A DNA stretch of 64,000 nt from Gammaproteobacteria bacterium (GCA_965215365.1 CBDCDS010000003.1:512001-576000), one strand, 5' to 3'; shown: positions 48,731 to 59,853, counted from the stretch's first letter. Translations and numbers: made by a program. Notes: generated by a model from the sequence alone, not told the origin.

Positions 48731-48903
48731 CTTCCCCATCCCGGTGGATTTCCTCAAGACATTTCAGTTGCCGGCTAACGGGGAGCGTGACTGATCGGCA
48801 CCTTGCCGCTGCCGGCCTTCACCCGACACAAGCATCAGCTGGAGAGGTCAGCGCACCCCCAACGTCGCCTTGCTTCCTGGCTGCCCGTAGTCTGGCCGGA
48901 GGG

Positions 48904-49025
48904 TGTCCAGGTTCTGTCCAAGTTCAATGCATATGAGACTCAGGGGTGTGCTGTGTGAGTTGTTGATAATACTCCATCGGGGTCAATAAACCCATACCGT
49001 CATGCGGGCGGGTAGGTATTGTAGT
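48904..49025 (-). mobile_element. Diverged right-end fragment of the IS481 element
   Basis: tgtccaggttc-tgtccaagttcaatgcatatgagactcag...tgttgataatactccat matches 16297-16405. Confidence 0.8.
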
Positions 49026-49251
49026 GTTCTAATGAGGGGTTATGCGGCTGTACGAGGCCGTCGCGTACCCCGCAGCACTTCCTTGTGCCGCGGGCGTCCC
49101 TGTTAGTCCGCTACCAGATATGCGGGGTGTGTGCGGTTACTGCTAGATAGTACCGTCGGTCTGGCCCGACAGGTTGACCGTCGCGCAGCCCTTGCCGCCC
49201 ATGAACAGGAGGTAGGCGCTGCCGGCGGTCGTCCATTGGTTATTTTCCTCA

Positions 49252-49648
49252 TCAAGACATCCGGTTAATAGCGCGATGATGCCTAGGCCCTGTTTCGTAG
49301 TTCTCTTGGCTTTTATTTTTGTCCGGGGATATTTTGATGAGCGTTTTGCTTTTGCTTTTTGCAAGTTTTGATATCATTTTGGGGACTAGTGGTTCGAGAT
49401 ATTCAGCTTTAACTTCTCGGGCTGATAGAACAACGATTGTAATGGGTAATGTGTTCAGGTTTTGTTGATGTTCCATACTTTTATCAACAGTGATAAGAGC
49501 GTCGAAACCTGCTGTTGCTGCTTTTCTTAGAAGTTCACCGTTTTCTGTTCCTCTCCAGTCCTGCGCGTTGTGTGGTTATCGCCGTGATATGTTCTGGTAA
49601 ATATTTGATTATTTTTCGATCTACAGACTCATCAAGCAACAATTTCAT
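49252..49648 (-). pseudogene. DUF5615 PIN-like toxin, frameshifted
   Basis: MKLLLDESV..., then one extra base, then W.G..NGELL..A...FDALITVDK..HQQNL. Confidence 0.75.
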
Positions 49649-49678
49649 TTTCTTTCATCTTCTTTACCTTTTGATTAA

Positions 49679-49817
49679 GGCCACCTCTAATTTTTAGAGG
49701 TGGCCTTATGATAACACTGCTGCTCTTTCCACCTAACACACTGCGCTTGATGCGCCCTCGCTGGTCTTGGTGAGATATGCGGGCTAAATACCACGGAGAG
49801 CATTTTTAGAAGTTCCC
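49679..49817. mobile_element. 139-bp composite MITE insertion with TTAA duplication
   Basis: TTAA|GGCCACCTCT...AGAAGTTCCC|TTAA; contains a nested CCCGCATATC-family fragment. Confidence 0.75.
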
Positions 49818-50017
49818 TTAAGCAACTTAATAAAATTAAGAGCTTGTTCACGTGTTACGGTTGGGAAGCTGTCTGTGAAGCCATCCAAGCTGCCACCGTC
49901 TTCAATATATTGAAGCAAATGAGTAATGGGGACTCGGGTTCCGGCAAAGACCGGTGTTCCTCCGAGAATATTCGGGTTGCTGGTGGCAATATCTGTTATT
50001 TGGGTGTAAGTGTTCAT
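49784..50017 (-). CDS. DUF433 antitoxin (C-terminus replaced by the MITE)
   Basis: NPNILGGTPVFAGTRVPI..G.SLDGF.DSFPTVTREQA. Confidence 0.88.
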   Translation of the reverse strand: MNTYTQITDIATSNPNILGGTPVFAGTRVPITHLLQYIEDGGSLDGFTDSFPTVTREQALNFIKLLKGTSKNALRGI

Positions 50018-50362
50018 CGTTTTCTCTATAGCGTTGAATAACCGACGAAAGCTTCTTTATAGTCCATGTCAGCGATTGGGCGGGTCAACGCGAGTTTTCG
50101 GCCGGGGGCAGTGGCTGTCGAGACCAAGTTACCAAACCAGTGTAAGGAGAATTAGATGAACTTGTCAAGAAAATTGTCCAGGTTCAATACATAATTAAAG
50201 CTGTCCCGCGTCACATTGGGGTTAGTGGACGAGAGGATCAGCTTCATGCGGCCGGGCGTGGCGTGGTCGCCGCAGCCGCAGCCGTCCACGACTGGAGAGA
50301 CCGATGCAAGCGTGACGGTGCAGATGCTCGGGTTGCATCCTGCCCGAAATGTTATAGCATTA

Positions 50363-50388
50363 GGGTGCCTCTATTAATAGAGGCTCCC
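50363..50388. repeat. 26-bp minimal hairpin element with ATTA duplication
   Basis: ATTA|GGGTGCCTCTATTAATAGAGGCTCCC|ATTA. Confidence 0.7.
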
Positions 50389-50436
50389 ATTATATCAACT
50401 GTTTCAGGTCCCAACTCACGTAGAGGTTATACATCC

Positions 50437-51120
50437 ATGGGCATTAACGAACTTGACGTATTACGCTGGCTGCACATCCTGGCTATGGTCTATTGGCTCG
50501 GCGGTGAATGGGGGGTTTTTCAGACCTCTTACAATGTCATCAATCGTGACTTGCCCATGGCTGAACGGCGCCGGCACATGGAGACCGCCTACCGCATCGA
50601 CATTCTTGCCCGCACCGGCATCATCCTGTTGTTGCCGCTGGGCCTGCACATGGGGTCTTTATTGTATATGCACGACTATGGCGGCAGCTGGCTGGTGGTT
50701 ATGTGGCTGGCGTTCGCCGCCTGGCTGTCCCTGACCTTGATGGCCTTCGTTAAACGTGAAACCGATGCCGGCATCCGCTTGACAAAGATCGACGAAGCCA
50801 TTCGCTTTGTCGTTATCCCCTTACTGCTGATTGCCAGCATCAGTTCACTGCTGGGTTACGGGCCGTTCCTCGCCGGAGCCGGCAATGCCTGGTTTGCAAC
50901 CAAGCTGCTGCTCTATGCCTTATTACTGGTGATCGGCCTGAAACTGCGTTTTGTCATGCGTGAGTGGACGGTAATGTTCAGACGCCTCGCTACGGAGGGC
51001 GATTCGCCACAGATAGAAGCTGTGCTGGACCAATCCATCCGCCAGGCGCGCATGTTGGCTTATATTTACTGGGTTGGCATTGCCTCAGTGGCCTTCCTGG
51101 GCGCCACCAAGGCGCTATAG
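50437..51120 (+). CDS. Hypothetical integral membrane protein
   Basis: WLHILAMVYWLGGEWGVF and several further TM segments. Confidence 0.75.
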   Translation: MGINELDVLRWLHILAMVYWLGGEWGVFQTSYNVINRDLPMAERRRHMETAYRIDILARTGIILLLPLGLHMGSLLYMHDYGGSWLVVMWLAFAAWLSLTLMAFVKRETDAGIRLTKIDEAIRFVVIPLLLIASISSLLGYGPFLAGAGNAWFATKLLLYALLLVIGLKLRFVMREWTVMFRRLATEGDSPQIEAVLDQSIRQARMLAYIYWVGIASVAFLGATKAL

Positions 51121-51140
51121 GTAACCTCTAAACCCCATGC

Positions 51141-51325
51141 TCAGGACGCTGCACACCCCGCTGGCATGTAAGGTCGTTTGCCTATTCTTGCAACAGCAAG
51201 CGTGCGTATTTGGCTGATTTTCACCCATGACTGCCGGGGTAAGCCGTCAATTTCAAGTTTGTAGGTTAGTGGAAAACTGGCGCGTTGTGGTTGGCTCGTG
51301 AGCGCCATAGCAATGATCGTGTTTC
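51141..51325 (-). pseudogene. PemK/MazF toxin C-terminal fragment
   Basis: TIIAMALTSQPQRASFPLT..SWVKISQIRTL..RIGK. Confidence 0.7.
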
Positions 51326-51391
51326 TCCTGTGGTTATGGTATCCATCGGGGTTTCCCAAACACAAGTCCCGGACGGTTTACTCTGACACCT

Positions 51392-51841
51392 TCACAATAC
51401 GCTGCTCATCCATTTCGCAATCCTGTCGTATAGAACCACATTCACGGCTGCGGCCAGATTAAGACTACCGCTTGATGGGATAATAACTGACTGAGGGCAC
51501 CTATCCACAATACGCTTGCCAAGCGTATGGTCCTCAGCGCCAAAGATATAGAATGCCCGTTGCGGATGTTTGAAATCAGGTAACGGGACAGCCCCGTCAA
51601 GAATATCCACCGCTACGGGCACACAGCTGTATGGCAGCGCTTCAAAGACATCGTTCGCAATGACCGTAGGAATGGTTCGATAGGCTTTCATGGTATCGGT
51701 TGGATGATTCATGTACTTCGCGATTCGATTTCCGCTGATTACTACCAACGATGCCCCGAATATGCCTGCTGCCCGCAATGCTCCGCCGACGTTCTCCGGA
51801 TCTTTTATATTGTCCAGCGCGACTGCAGCAAAACCTTTCAT
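51392..51841 (-). CDS. SpoU/TrmH family RNA methyltransferase
   Basis: KDPENVGGALRAA, YIFGAED, SLNLAAAVNVVLYDR. Confidence 0.9.
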   Translation of the reverse strand: MKGFAAVALDNIKDPENVGGALRAAGIFGASLVVISGNRIAKYMNHPTDTMKAYRTIPTVIANDVFEALPYSCVPVAVDILDGAVPLPDFKHPQRAFYIFGAEDHTLGKRIVDRCPQSVIIPSSGSLNLAAAVNVVLYDRIAKWMSSVL

Positions 51842-51871
51842 TCAGCGTCGGCCCGTCAGTTGTGTTGCCGC

Positions 51872-52780
51872 CTATGCCGCCTTGGCGGCGGGAAACACCC
51901 CGGCGCGAGTGAGCATGGCGGGCATGGGGGCGTTCAGAGGCCCTTCCAGCCACTTCGCAGTGTCGATGATTTTATTGATGTCGATACCGGTCTCAAAACC
52001 CATGCGCCGGATCATGTATAGCAGGTCTTCGGTCGCCACGTTGCCGGTTGCGGCCGGGGCGAACGGACAGCCGCCGACGCCGCCGCAGCTGGCATCGAAG
52101 GAGCGGACGCCTTCCTGTATGGCCGCGTAGGTGTTTGCCACCGCAGTATTGCGGGTGTTATGGAAATGGCAGCCCAGGACCAGGTCGGGCTCAAGGCTGC
52201 TGATGCGGCTTATCATGGCGGCAACATCCGACGGGCCGGCGGCGCCGATGGTGTCTGCCAGGGAAATTTCGTGATACCCCATTGCCGCCAGACGCTGCAC
52301 CAGATTGACTACCCTCTCCATCGGCATTTCACCCTCGAAAGGGCAACCGAAGGCGGCGCTGATAGTCACTGCCTTGCCGATGCCGGCGGCTTCAACTTCC
52401 CGGGTTAGCTGCCCGACCAGTGCCATGGTCTGTTCCGTGGTGGCGCCCTGGTTACGGGTACTGAAGGTGTCCGAGGCCACCACCGCACATTTTACCTCAT
52501 CGACCTTGCAGGCCAGGGCGCGTTCGAAGCCGCGCAGGTTCAGCGCCAGCCCGATGTATGATACGTCCGCGCGTTGCGGCAGGCCGCGCACCACCTCTTC
52601 TGCATCCGCCATCTGCGGAACCCGCTTGGGATTGACGAAACTGGCCACCTCCATGCGTCGGATACCGGCGTCTATGAGCCGGCGGATCAATTCCAGTTTG
52701 TGCTCGACGCTCAATAGCACCGGCTGGCTTTGCAGGCCGTCGCGGGGACTGACATCGACGATTTCAACGCATTTCGACAT
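51872..52780 (-). CDS. Hydroxymethylglutaryl-CoA lyase
   Basis: VSPRDGLQ, SFVNPKRVPQMAD, LADTIG, HFHNTR, GGCPFAPAATGNVATEDL. Confidence 0.92.
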   Translation of the reverse strand: MSKCVEIVDVSPRDGLQSQPVLLSVEHKLELIRRLIDAGIRRMEVASFVNPKRVPQMADAEEVVRGLPQRADVSYIGLALNLRGFERALACKVDEVKCAVVASDTFSTRNQGATTEQTMALVGQLTREVEAAGIGKAVTISAAFGCPFEGEMPMERVVNLVQRLAAMGYHEISLADTIGAAGPSDVAAMISRISSLEPDLVLGCHFHNTRNTAVANTYAAIQEGVRSFDASCGGVGGCPFAPAATGNVATEDLLYMIRRMGFETGIDINKIIDTAKWLEGPLNAPMPAMLTRAGVFPAAKAA

Positions 52781-52806
52781 GACTGGTCTCTTCTGAGGTT
52801 CCTTAA

Positions 52807-52857
52807 CCCGCATATCGCATCACTTGGTGAGATATACGGGCTAGTGAGATATGCGGG
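52807..52857. mobile_element. Short CCCGCATATC-family MITE with TTAA duplication
   Basis: TTAA|CCCGCATATC...GATATGCGGG|TTAA, with one end duplicated internally. Confidence 0.75.
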
Positions 52858-52991
52858 TTAAATGCTTTCAGGGCGGCTATAATACACCATCGACCATGAG
52901 GCCGTCATTCACTTCCTGCTCAAGATGGTAACTGACAACTATGACCCCGATGGGGTATTCCCCGATTTCACCGGACGCTGACCGGCACAGG

Positions 52992-54026
52992 ATGAAGATC
53001 TGCGTGATTATGCTCGCCAAAAAATTTGGCGGGGCGGAACGTTTTTTTGTCGATTTGACCAATGACCTGGCGCGCCGCGGCCATGAGGTTCTTGCCATTG
53101 CCAATGTCCGCTCAAACGCAGCAAAGCGCATCGAAGCGCGGCACAACCTCAAGTGTGCAACGCTGCGGACGCTGGGTCCCTGGGACCTGCTGGCGGCGCG
53201 GAAAATCCTCAGATGGGTCAGGGAGTTTGCCCCGGACATCATCCAGACCTCGCTGGGACGCGCCGCGCACCTGGCCGGCACGGCGGCGCGGCAACTCAAC
53301 ATCCCGCTGGTGGCGCACACGCATGATTTTGTGGACCTGAAATATTTCCGGCATACCCGCATGTTCACGCCCACCACCCGGGCGCAACGGGACTACCTTG
53401 TCGGGCAGGGCATTGCCGCCGAAAGGATACGATTGATCCCCAATTTCTCCGATTTCCCTCCGGTCACCGAGGTTCGCTGCCGCCCGACAGTGACAAAAAT
53501 TGTCGCCCACGGCAGGTTTGTGCAGAAAAAAGGTTTCGACCTGTTGTTGCGCAGCTTCAGCCGGTTGGTGGCGGCCGATGTACGCTTGTATATCGCCGGA
53601 GACGGTGTGGAACGGCGCCGGCTGACGCAGTTAGCAAAGCGCCTGAAGCTGGGCAACAGGGTTTGTTTTGTTGGCTGGCAGGACGATATACGCGATTTCC
53701 TGCTGCAGGGCGATCTGTTCGTGCTGCCCTCCAGGTATGAGCCGTTCGGTATCGCCGTGCTGGAAGCGATGGCCTGCGGCCTCCCCATCATCGCCACCCG
53801 CTGCCACGGCCCGGTGGAAATTCTGGCTGAGGCCAGTGCCTGGCTTTGTGAGGCGCAGGAGGAGTCGTTGACTGCGGCGTTGCAGGCGGCTATTGACCAC
53901 CCTGAGGCGCGCGCGCAGCGCGCACGGGCGGCATGGGCAGTGTTCCAGGAGCGTTATGCCGCCGAGCAGGTGGTGCCGAGGTTTGAGCGGTTATATGAGA
54001 GTTTGCAGCCAATACGCAGGCCGTGA
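52992..54026 (+). CDS. Glycosyltransferase family 4
   Basis: GGAERF, GRF..KKGFDLL, PSRYEPFGIAVLEAMA. Confidence 0.92.
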   Translation: MKICVIMLAKKFGGAERFFVDLTNDLARRGHEVLAIANVRSNAAKRIEARHNLKCATLRTLGPWDLLAARKILRWVREFAPDIIQTSLGRAAHLAGTAARQLNIPLVAHTHDFVDLKYFRHTRMFTPTTRAQRDYLVGQGIAAERIRLIPNFSDFPPVTEVRCRPTVTKIVAHGRFVQKKGFDLLLRSFSRLVAADVRLYIAGDGVERRRLTQLAKRLKLGNRVCFVGWQDDIRDFLLQGDLFVLPSRYEPFGIAVLEAMACGLPIIATRCHGPVEILAEASAWLCEAQEESLTAALQAAIDHPEARAQRARAAWAVFQERYAAEQVVPRFERLYESLQPIRRP

Positions 54027-55232
54027 GCAGCCATAAAAAACCACTCCAATAGGAACCGTAAAACGCCAGGTGCGCATTCAGCGGGAAGGTTGCGGCCAGT
54101 AAAGCCGCAGCCCAGGCGCCGCTGCCGGTGGCGTGCCTGGAGCGCCACCAATAGCGCAGTATGGTAAGGTAAAACAGGATAAACCCGAGCAGCCCTGGCA
54201 CCCCGGTTTCGACTGCGATTTCCAGAAAAACCAGGTGCGGATGGGTCTGGCCATCCTGCCCCTGGCGCATGAAGTGGTTGTCTGCGTCCGCATACCTGCC
54301 GTAGGCATAGCGGAACCCCCTGGGGCCGACCCCATTCAGCCAGTTGTCCTGAAACATGTTCAGCGCCGTGTCCCAGATCGGCGTGCGCATGGAGGTTGCC
54401 CGTTCGGCCTGGTATTCACTGCTGACAATGCCGGTCAGTAACACCATGCGGCGGTTGAGGTCCGGGCTCTTGAAATATAGGCTGCCCACCAGTGCCACGG
54501 CGCCGCACAAGGCACCGGCGATGATATACCGGGCGCGGGCCGACAGTGTTACAAACACCAGCGGCAGGTAGGCGGACAAGCCAATCAGCAACATCAGCCA
54601 GGCGCTGCGCCGGCCGCCCAGCACCACCACCACGGCAAACGGAATCAGCAGTAACCAGGGGTAGGGACTGTCACGGTTCAGGTTCCTGACAGCTTCCAAG
54701 GCCACGGGGACCAGCACCGCGAGAATGATTCCCAAGCGCAGTTTCGGATAAAACATCCCGCTCAACATCCCATCCTGGTGGGGGTAGCCGAGCAGGTTGG
54801 TCCCGGTGGCGTACTGGATCAGTCCGTCCACGCACCAGAAAATCACGATGAGCAGCAGTGCCAGAGACAGGCGGGCGAGGTGGCCGGGCCGCCGCAGTTC
54901 CTGCAGGATGAAGACCCCGCAAAACAGGTACAGCGGGTAGAGCAAGGCGAGCTTGCCCGAACGCTCCAGGTTCACAGCGCCGACCAGGGACGCAAGTTGC
55001 GGCACCCACAGGCACAGGAACAGCCACAGCAATACCTGCAGCGCCCGCTCCCGGTAGAGTCGGTGCGGCGCCCGACCGAGCCGGTACATGCCCAGTGCCG
55101 CCATGATGCCCAGCGGGATGAGGAACAGAGTTTCGGCTGACAGCAGCAGCAACGCAGCGGCGACCAGTATCCAGGCCTGGTTATCTTTAATGCACCGGAT
55201 AACAACACGGTAATTGAATGCGGATATTGTCA

Positions 55233-55233
<1 letters not shown>
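53890..55233 (-). CDS. O-antigen ligase family protein
   Basis: Multi-TM; R.PIW..AL.M..DNWLNGVGPRGFR; HPH...LE...ETG; TGATG overlap with tgt. Confidence 0.85.
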
Positions 55234-56339
<1,106 letters not shown>

Positions 56340-57371
56340 TCACAGGTCGCGCCGGGAGATAAACATGGCGTCACCATAACTGAAAAACCGGTAGCTTGTC
56401 GCCACCGCGTGCCGGTAGGCGCGCAAAATATTCTCCGGTCCCGCAAACGCGCACACCAGCAGCAACAACGTGGAGCCGGGCAGGTGGAAGTTGGTAATCA
56501 TGGCATCCACGGTGCCGAACTCATAGCCGGGGTAGATAAAGATGTCGGTCTCTCCCTGAAACGGTTGCAGCCGACCCGCCACCGTGGCCGCTTCCAAACA
56601 GCGCACCGAGGTGGTGCCTACGGCGATGACCCGACGGCCGGCCTGCCGCGCCGCGCGCACCTGCTCACACACCTGTTTACTGACCTCAAACCACTCGCTG
56701 TGCATGCGGTGGTTTTCAATAACATCTGCCCGGATGGGCTGAAAAGTCCCGGCCCCGATGTGCAGGGTAACATAAGCGCATTGTACTCCCTTGCCCTGCA
56801 GTTCCCCGAGCAGCGCGCGGGTAAAGTGCAGGCCCGCAGTCGGCGCCGCCACCGCGCCGGGCCGGCGCGCGTACACGGTCTGGTAGCGCTGTGCATCAAG
56901 CGCTTCAGCGCGGCGCCGGATGTAAGGCGGCAAGGGTATGTGTCCCTGTTGTTCCAGCACCTCAGCCAGACCGCCGCCGTCCGCCCGTTCCAGTTCAAAC
57001 AGGCCATCCCGGCGGCCGCAGACTCGCAGTTCAATGCCACCGTCCAGACTCAGCAGGTCATCCTGTTTGGGCGCCTTGCTGGCCTGCACCTGGGCCAGGC
57101 ATTTGTACCCATCGAGCAGGCGCTCTAACATGATCTCAACCCGCCCGCCGGTGGCCTTGCGTGCAAATAGCCGGGCCGGGAGCACCCGGGTGTCGTTGAA
57201 TACCAACAGGTCGCCTGCGTCCACCAGCGAGAGAACCTCACGGAACTGCCGATCGGCATACTCGCCGGTTACACCGTCCAGCGCCAGCAACCGGGAAGCA
57301 TCCCGTACCGACGCCGGATACTGAGCAATCAATTCCTCCGGCAGGTCAAAGTGGAAATCCTGGCGCAACAT
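56340..57371 (-). CDS. queA: SAM:tRNA ribosyltransferase-isomerase
   Basis: LPEELIAQ, FNDTRV, PLPPYI, AAPTAGLHF, VGTTSVR, TNFHLP, YRFFSYGDAM. Confidence 0.97.
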   Translation of the reverse strand: MLRQDFHFDLPEELIAQYPASVRDASRLLALDGVTGEYADRQFREVLSLVDAGDLLVFNDTRVLPARLFARKATGGRVEIMLERLLDGYKCLAQVQASKAPKQDDLLSLDGGIELRVCGRRDGLFELERADGGGLAEVLEQQGHIPLPPYIRRRAEALDAQRYQTVYARRPGAVAAPTAGLHFTRALLGELQGKGVQCAYVTLHIGAGTFQPIRADVIENHRMHSEWFEVSKQVCEQVRAARQAGRRVIAVGTTSVRCLEAATVAGRLQPFQGETDIFIYPGYEFGTVDAMITNFHLPGSTLLLLVCAFAGPENILRAYRHAVATSYRFFSYGDAMFISRRDL

Positions 57372-57443
57372 GGCCGCAGAGTTTAACAAGAAACCAGTGC
57401 GCAAGTGTGCTTTCTGCTATACTTCCCCGGCTTTTCATCACCC

Positions 57444-57530
57444 GCCGGGGTGGCGGAACTGGTAGACGCGCCGGACTCAAAATCCGGTTCTGGCAACAGA
57501 GTGAGAGTTCGAGTCTCTCTCCCGGCACCA
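57444..57530 (+). tRNA. tRNA-Leu(CAA)
   Basis: GCCGGGG acceptor, anticodon arm CCGGA-CT-CAA-AA-TCCGG, long variable arm, GTTCGAG T-loop, CCA end. Confidence 0.95.
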
Positions 57531-57594
57531 TTTTTCTACCGTTCAATGCGGGCCTAGTACTCTTTCCATTTAATTCTGACCGGTTCAGAGCTAA

Positions 57595-57757
57595 CCAGCG
57601 CTGCCAGGACAAGGCGCAGCCCGCAGGGAATGGCGCGCCCTTATCAAGGGCTGTAACGCCGTATTGGCGGCGCTGGTCAGCTCCCTGCGGGCGGGCCGGG
57701 AAGCGGTCGCGCGCGGCGTTACACCGCTTGGCAAGGACACGCCATTCCCTGCGCGGC
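57595..57757. repeat. Structured REP/MITE-like element
   Basis: Long-range IR GCAGGGAATGGCG..CCTT / AAGG..CGCCATTCCCTGC. Confidence 0.5.
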
Positions 57758-58174
57758 GCTCGAGTTGGCCGGTGACCCGGATGAGCACCTCCGGGCCGAG
57801 GTCTGCGGCCCAGCGTTTGAGGCGCTGGGGCGACCACTGTTTCTGGGCCCGGTGGCGCTCGGGCATGTGAGCCGGACAGGTGGTAAAGCCGTAGCCGTCC
57901 CGGCGGGGATGGGTAGCGATGCAGCGTTGGCGGATGTAGGGTTTAATCAAGGTGCTGGTAGCGTGCAGTTCGAGCCGCTCGCCGACTAAGTGGTGCGGCA
58001 CGGAGTAGTAATGCTGGCGGTACTGAACAGGGTTGCCGCCCGGTTGAGCAGCTTCTGCACCCCGCCGACACTGAGCTTGGTACTGCGGCTGATGGCGCGG
58101 ATGGACAGGCCGGCTTGCAGCCGGAGCCGTAAGGTCTCTCGTAGTTTACGCATGGTCACTCGCTGGGTTGGCAT
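57758..58174 (-). pseudogene. IS21-family IstA remnant with large internal deletion
   Basis: MRKLRETLRL..GLSIRAISRS HTH joined out of frame to HYYSVPH.LVG...HMPERHR..WSP.R. Confidence 0.8.
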
Positions 58175-58220
58175 GACATGATGGCCAGATGTTTGGTGGT
58201 AAATAAATGAAACTTTCTTA

Positions 58221-58372
58221 GGGCAACCTCTAAAAATACCCTCCGTGGTATTTTTAGAAGCGGAAATGAAAAAGTGTGATTTTTCATTTCCTTCATTTTC
58301 AAGCACTTACGTGACTAAAAATGGCAGCACATCCCTGTGCTGCACGGGCACCTCTAATTAATAGAGGTGCCC
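58221..58372 (+). mobile_element. GGNNNCCTCT-family MITE
   Basis: GGGCAACCTCT...AGAGGTGCCC; same ggaaatgaaaaagtgtga / cagcacatccctgtgctg core as 37962 and 39913. Confidence 0.8.
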
Positions 58373-58576
58373 ATCATGGCTATGATGTTATCCAGTGGCC
58401 CAAAAAAGGTTGACCCTACAGGCCATTGGCATTATCTTCATGTCAGCATTGAGGATGGATGCGTGCACGAGTTGCGCCCTTCGAACGAGTTGGAAACGCC
58501 CGTATAGGGTGTTTGTCTGTAGCGTCCTATGGATGCAGAACAAGGAATATATTCATCAATATGAGGATATCCAACT

Positions 58577-59131
58577 ATGTACAGCGAACGTAGAACTGCT
58601 CAAATGGCAGCTTTCATGTTGCTTCGGTGTGGTGGACAAATGTCCCACTTGAAGCTGATGAAACTGTTGTATCTTGCAGATCGCGAAGCAGTTAAGCGTT
58701 ATGGCCGATCCATATCAGAAGACTATGCTGTAGCAATGCCCCATGGCCCGGTACTGTCGATGACTTTAGACCTGATGAGCGGCAACTGCGATCCGGAGCC
58801 TGACGGTTGGGGCACTTGGATATCAGCGAAAGCCGACCACAAGGTTTCTCTCCTGAACGAACCCGAAATTGATGACTTAGATGAGCTGAGCGTCTCTGAC
58901 CTGGAAGTGCTCGAGGCAGTCTGGCAAAAATTCGGCCACATGGACCGTTGGCAAATTCGAGATTGGGCCCATGAAAACTGCCCTGAATGGAAAGATCCTG
59001 GAGGATCGTCAAATCCAATCACTAACGAGGACTTGTACAAAGCAGTGGGTTACACGCCCGAAGCCATATCGGAATTGTTGGATGAGTTTAAGACTCATCG
59101 AAGAGTAGATGCTATCTTCAGTAATTTGTGA
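58577..59131 (+). CDS. Panacea (DUF4065) domain antitoxin
   Basis: LKLMKLLYLADR, AMPHGPV, VWQKFG, H..CPEW.DP. Confidence 0.88.
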   Translation: MYSERRTAQMAAFMLLRCGGQMSHLKLMKLLYLADREAVKRYGRSISEDYAVAMPHGPVLSMTLDLMSGNCDPEPDGWGTWISAKADHKVSLLNEPEIDDLDELSVSDLEVLEAVWQKFGHMDRWQIRDWAHENCPEWKDPGGSSNPITNEDLYKAVGYTPEAISELLDEFKTHRRVDAIFSNL

Positions 59132-59538
59132 GTCTGTTCATACCCTATTCTCGGGCCACAATCCTTATACCGTCCGGCCCCATTTCTGATCCCGATCGCT
59201 ATCACCTTTTCATTGTCATTAACGACCCTGTTCCGCATAGCGGAGAGGGAGAAGTTTTACTGGTGTCTGTAAGCACTGTGAAGGCGCAATCCTATTATGA
59301 CCAAACCTGCTTACTGAGTGCTGGTTGCCATGAATTTATCAAACGCGACAGCTTTGTAGATTATGGAAAGGCGCGGATCGAGTCTGTTCAGAAACTCATG
59401 TATGGCGTGTCACAGGGCAATCTTATCCCCAAACAGCCAATGGATGATGAACCATTTCAAAGAGTCCGCGCCGGACTGTTTTCCTCGCCGCACACCAAGA
59501 AGAAAATCAAGCAATTTCTGGGCAAACTCACGGGTTAA
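59128..59538 (+). CDS. Putative toxin partner (PemK/MazF-like fold)
   Basis: GTGA overlap with DUF4065; HLFIVI..VLLVSVST..D.TC.L..G.H.FIK.DSFVDY.KAR. Confidence 0.6.
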   Translation: MSLFIPYSRATILIPSGPISDPDRYHLFIVINDPVPHSGEGEVLLVSVSTVKAQSYYDQTCLLSAGCHEFIKRDSFVDYGKARIESVQKLMYGVSQGNLIPKQPMDDEPFQRVRAGLFSSPHTKKKIKQFLGKLTG

Positions 59539-59780
59539 CCCGCATATCTCACCAAGTGATGCGAAGATCGCGCCGGATTTTGTGCGCTTGCGGGTGCCGG
59601 CGAACGAAAGCATAGTGGTTCTCTGGTTGAGTGACAAATCGGCAGGACTGCCGATTTGCACGGCGTCAGCCGCCCGTAGGGTTGCGTCCATGGATGGACG
59701 CAATGAACAGGTGCCCGCAGGCGCACAAAAGACCAGCGAGGGCGTATCAAGCGCAGTGTGTTATGCGGAAAGAGCATCAG
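59539..59780 (+). mobile_element. CCCGCATATC-family MITE with nested hairpin module
   Basis: Homologous to 61312-61550; carries an extra caaatcggcag-ga-ctgccgatttg module. Confidence 0.75.
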
Positions 59781-59853
59781 TCGTTCGTTACCAGCAAGGC
59801 TCAATAACGACCGCGCAAAACTGTTGCTGACGAAGCCGGTTGTCGGCACTGGC

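Noticed and set aside
53890-54026. 137-bp convergent overlap of the O-antigen ligase and glycosyltransferase genes
   Set aside because: Most simply a lost stop codon with low-complexity read-through; no evidence of function.
57444-59850. Prophage or integrative island at tRNA-Leu
   Set aside because: No integrase, no phage genes and no duplicated tRNA 3' end were seen; only IS21 debris, MITEs and a TA pair.
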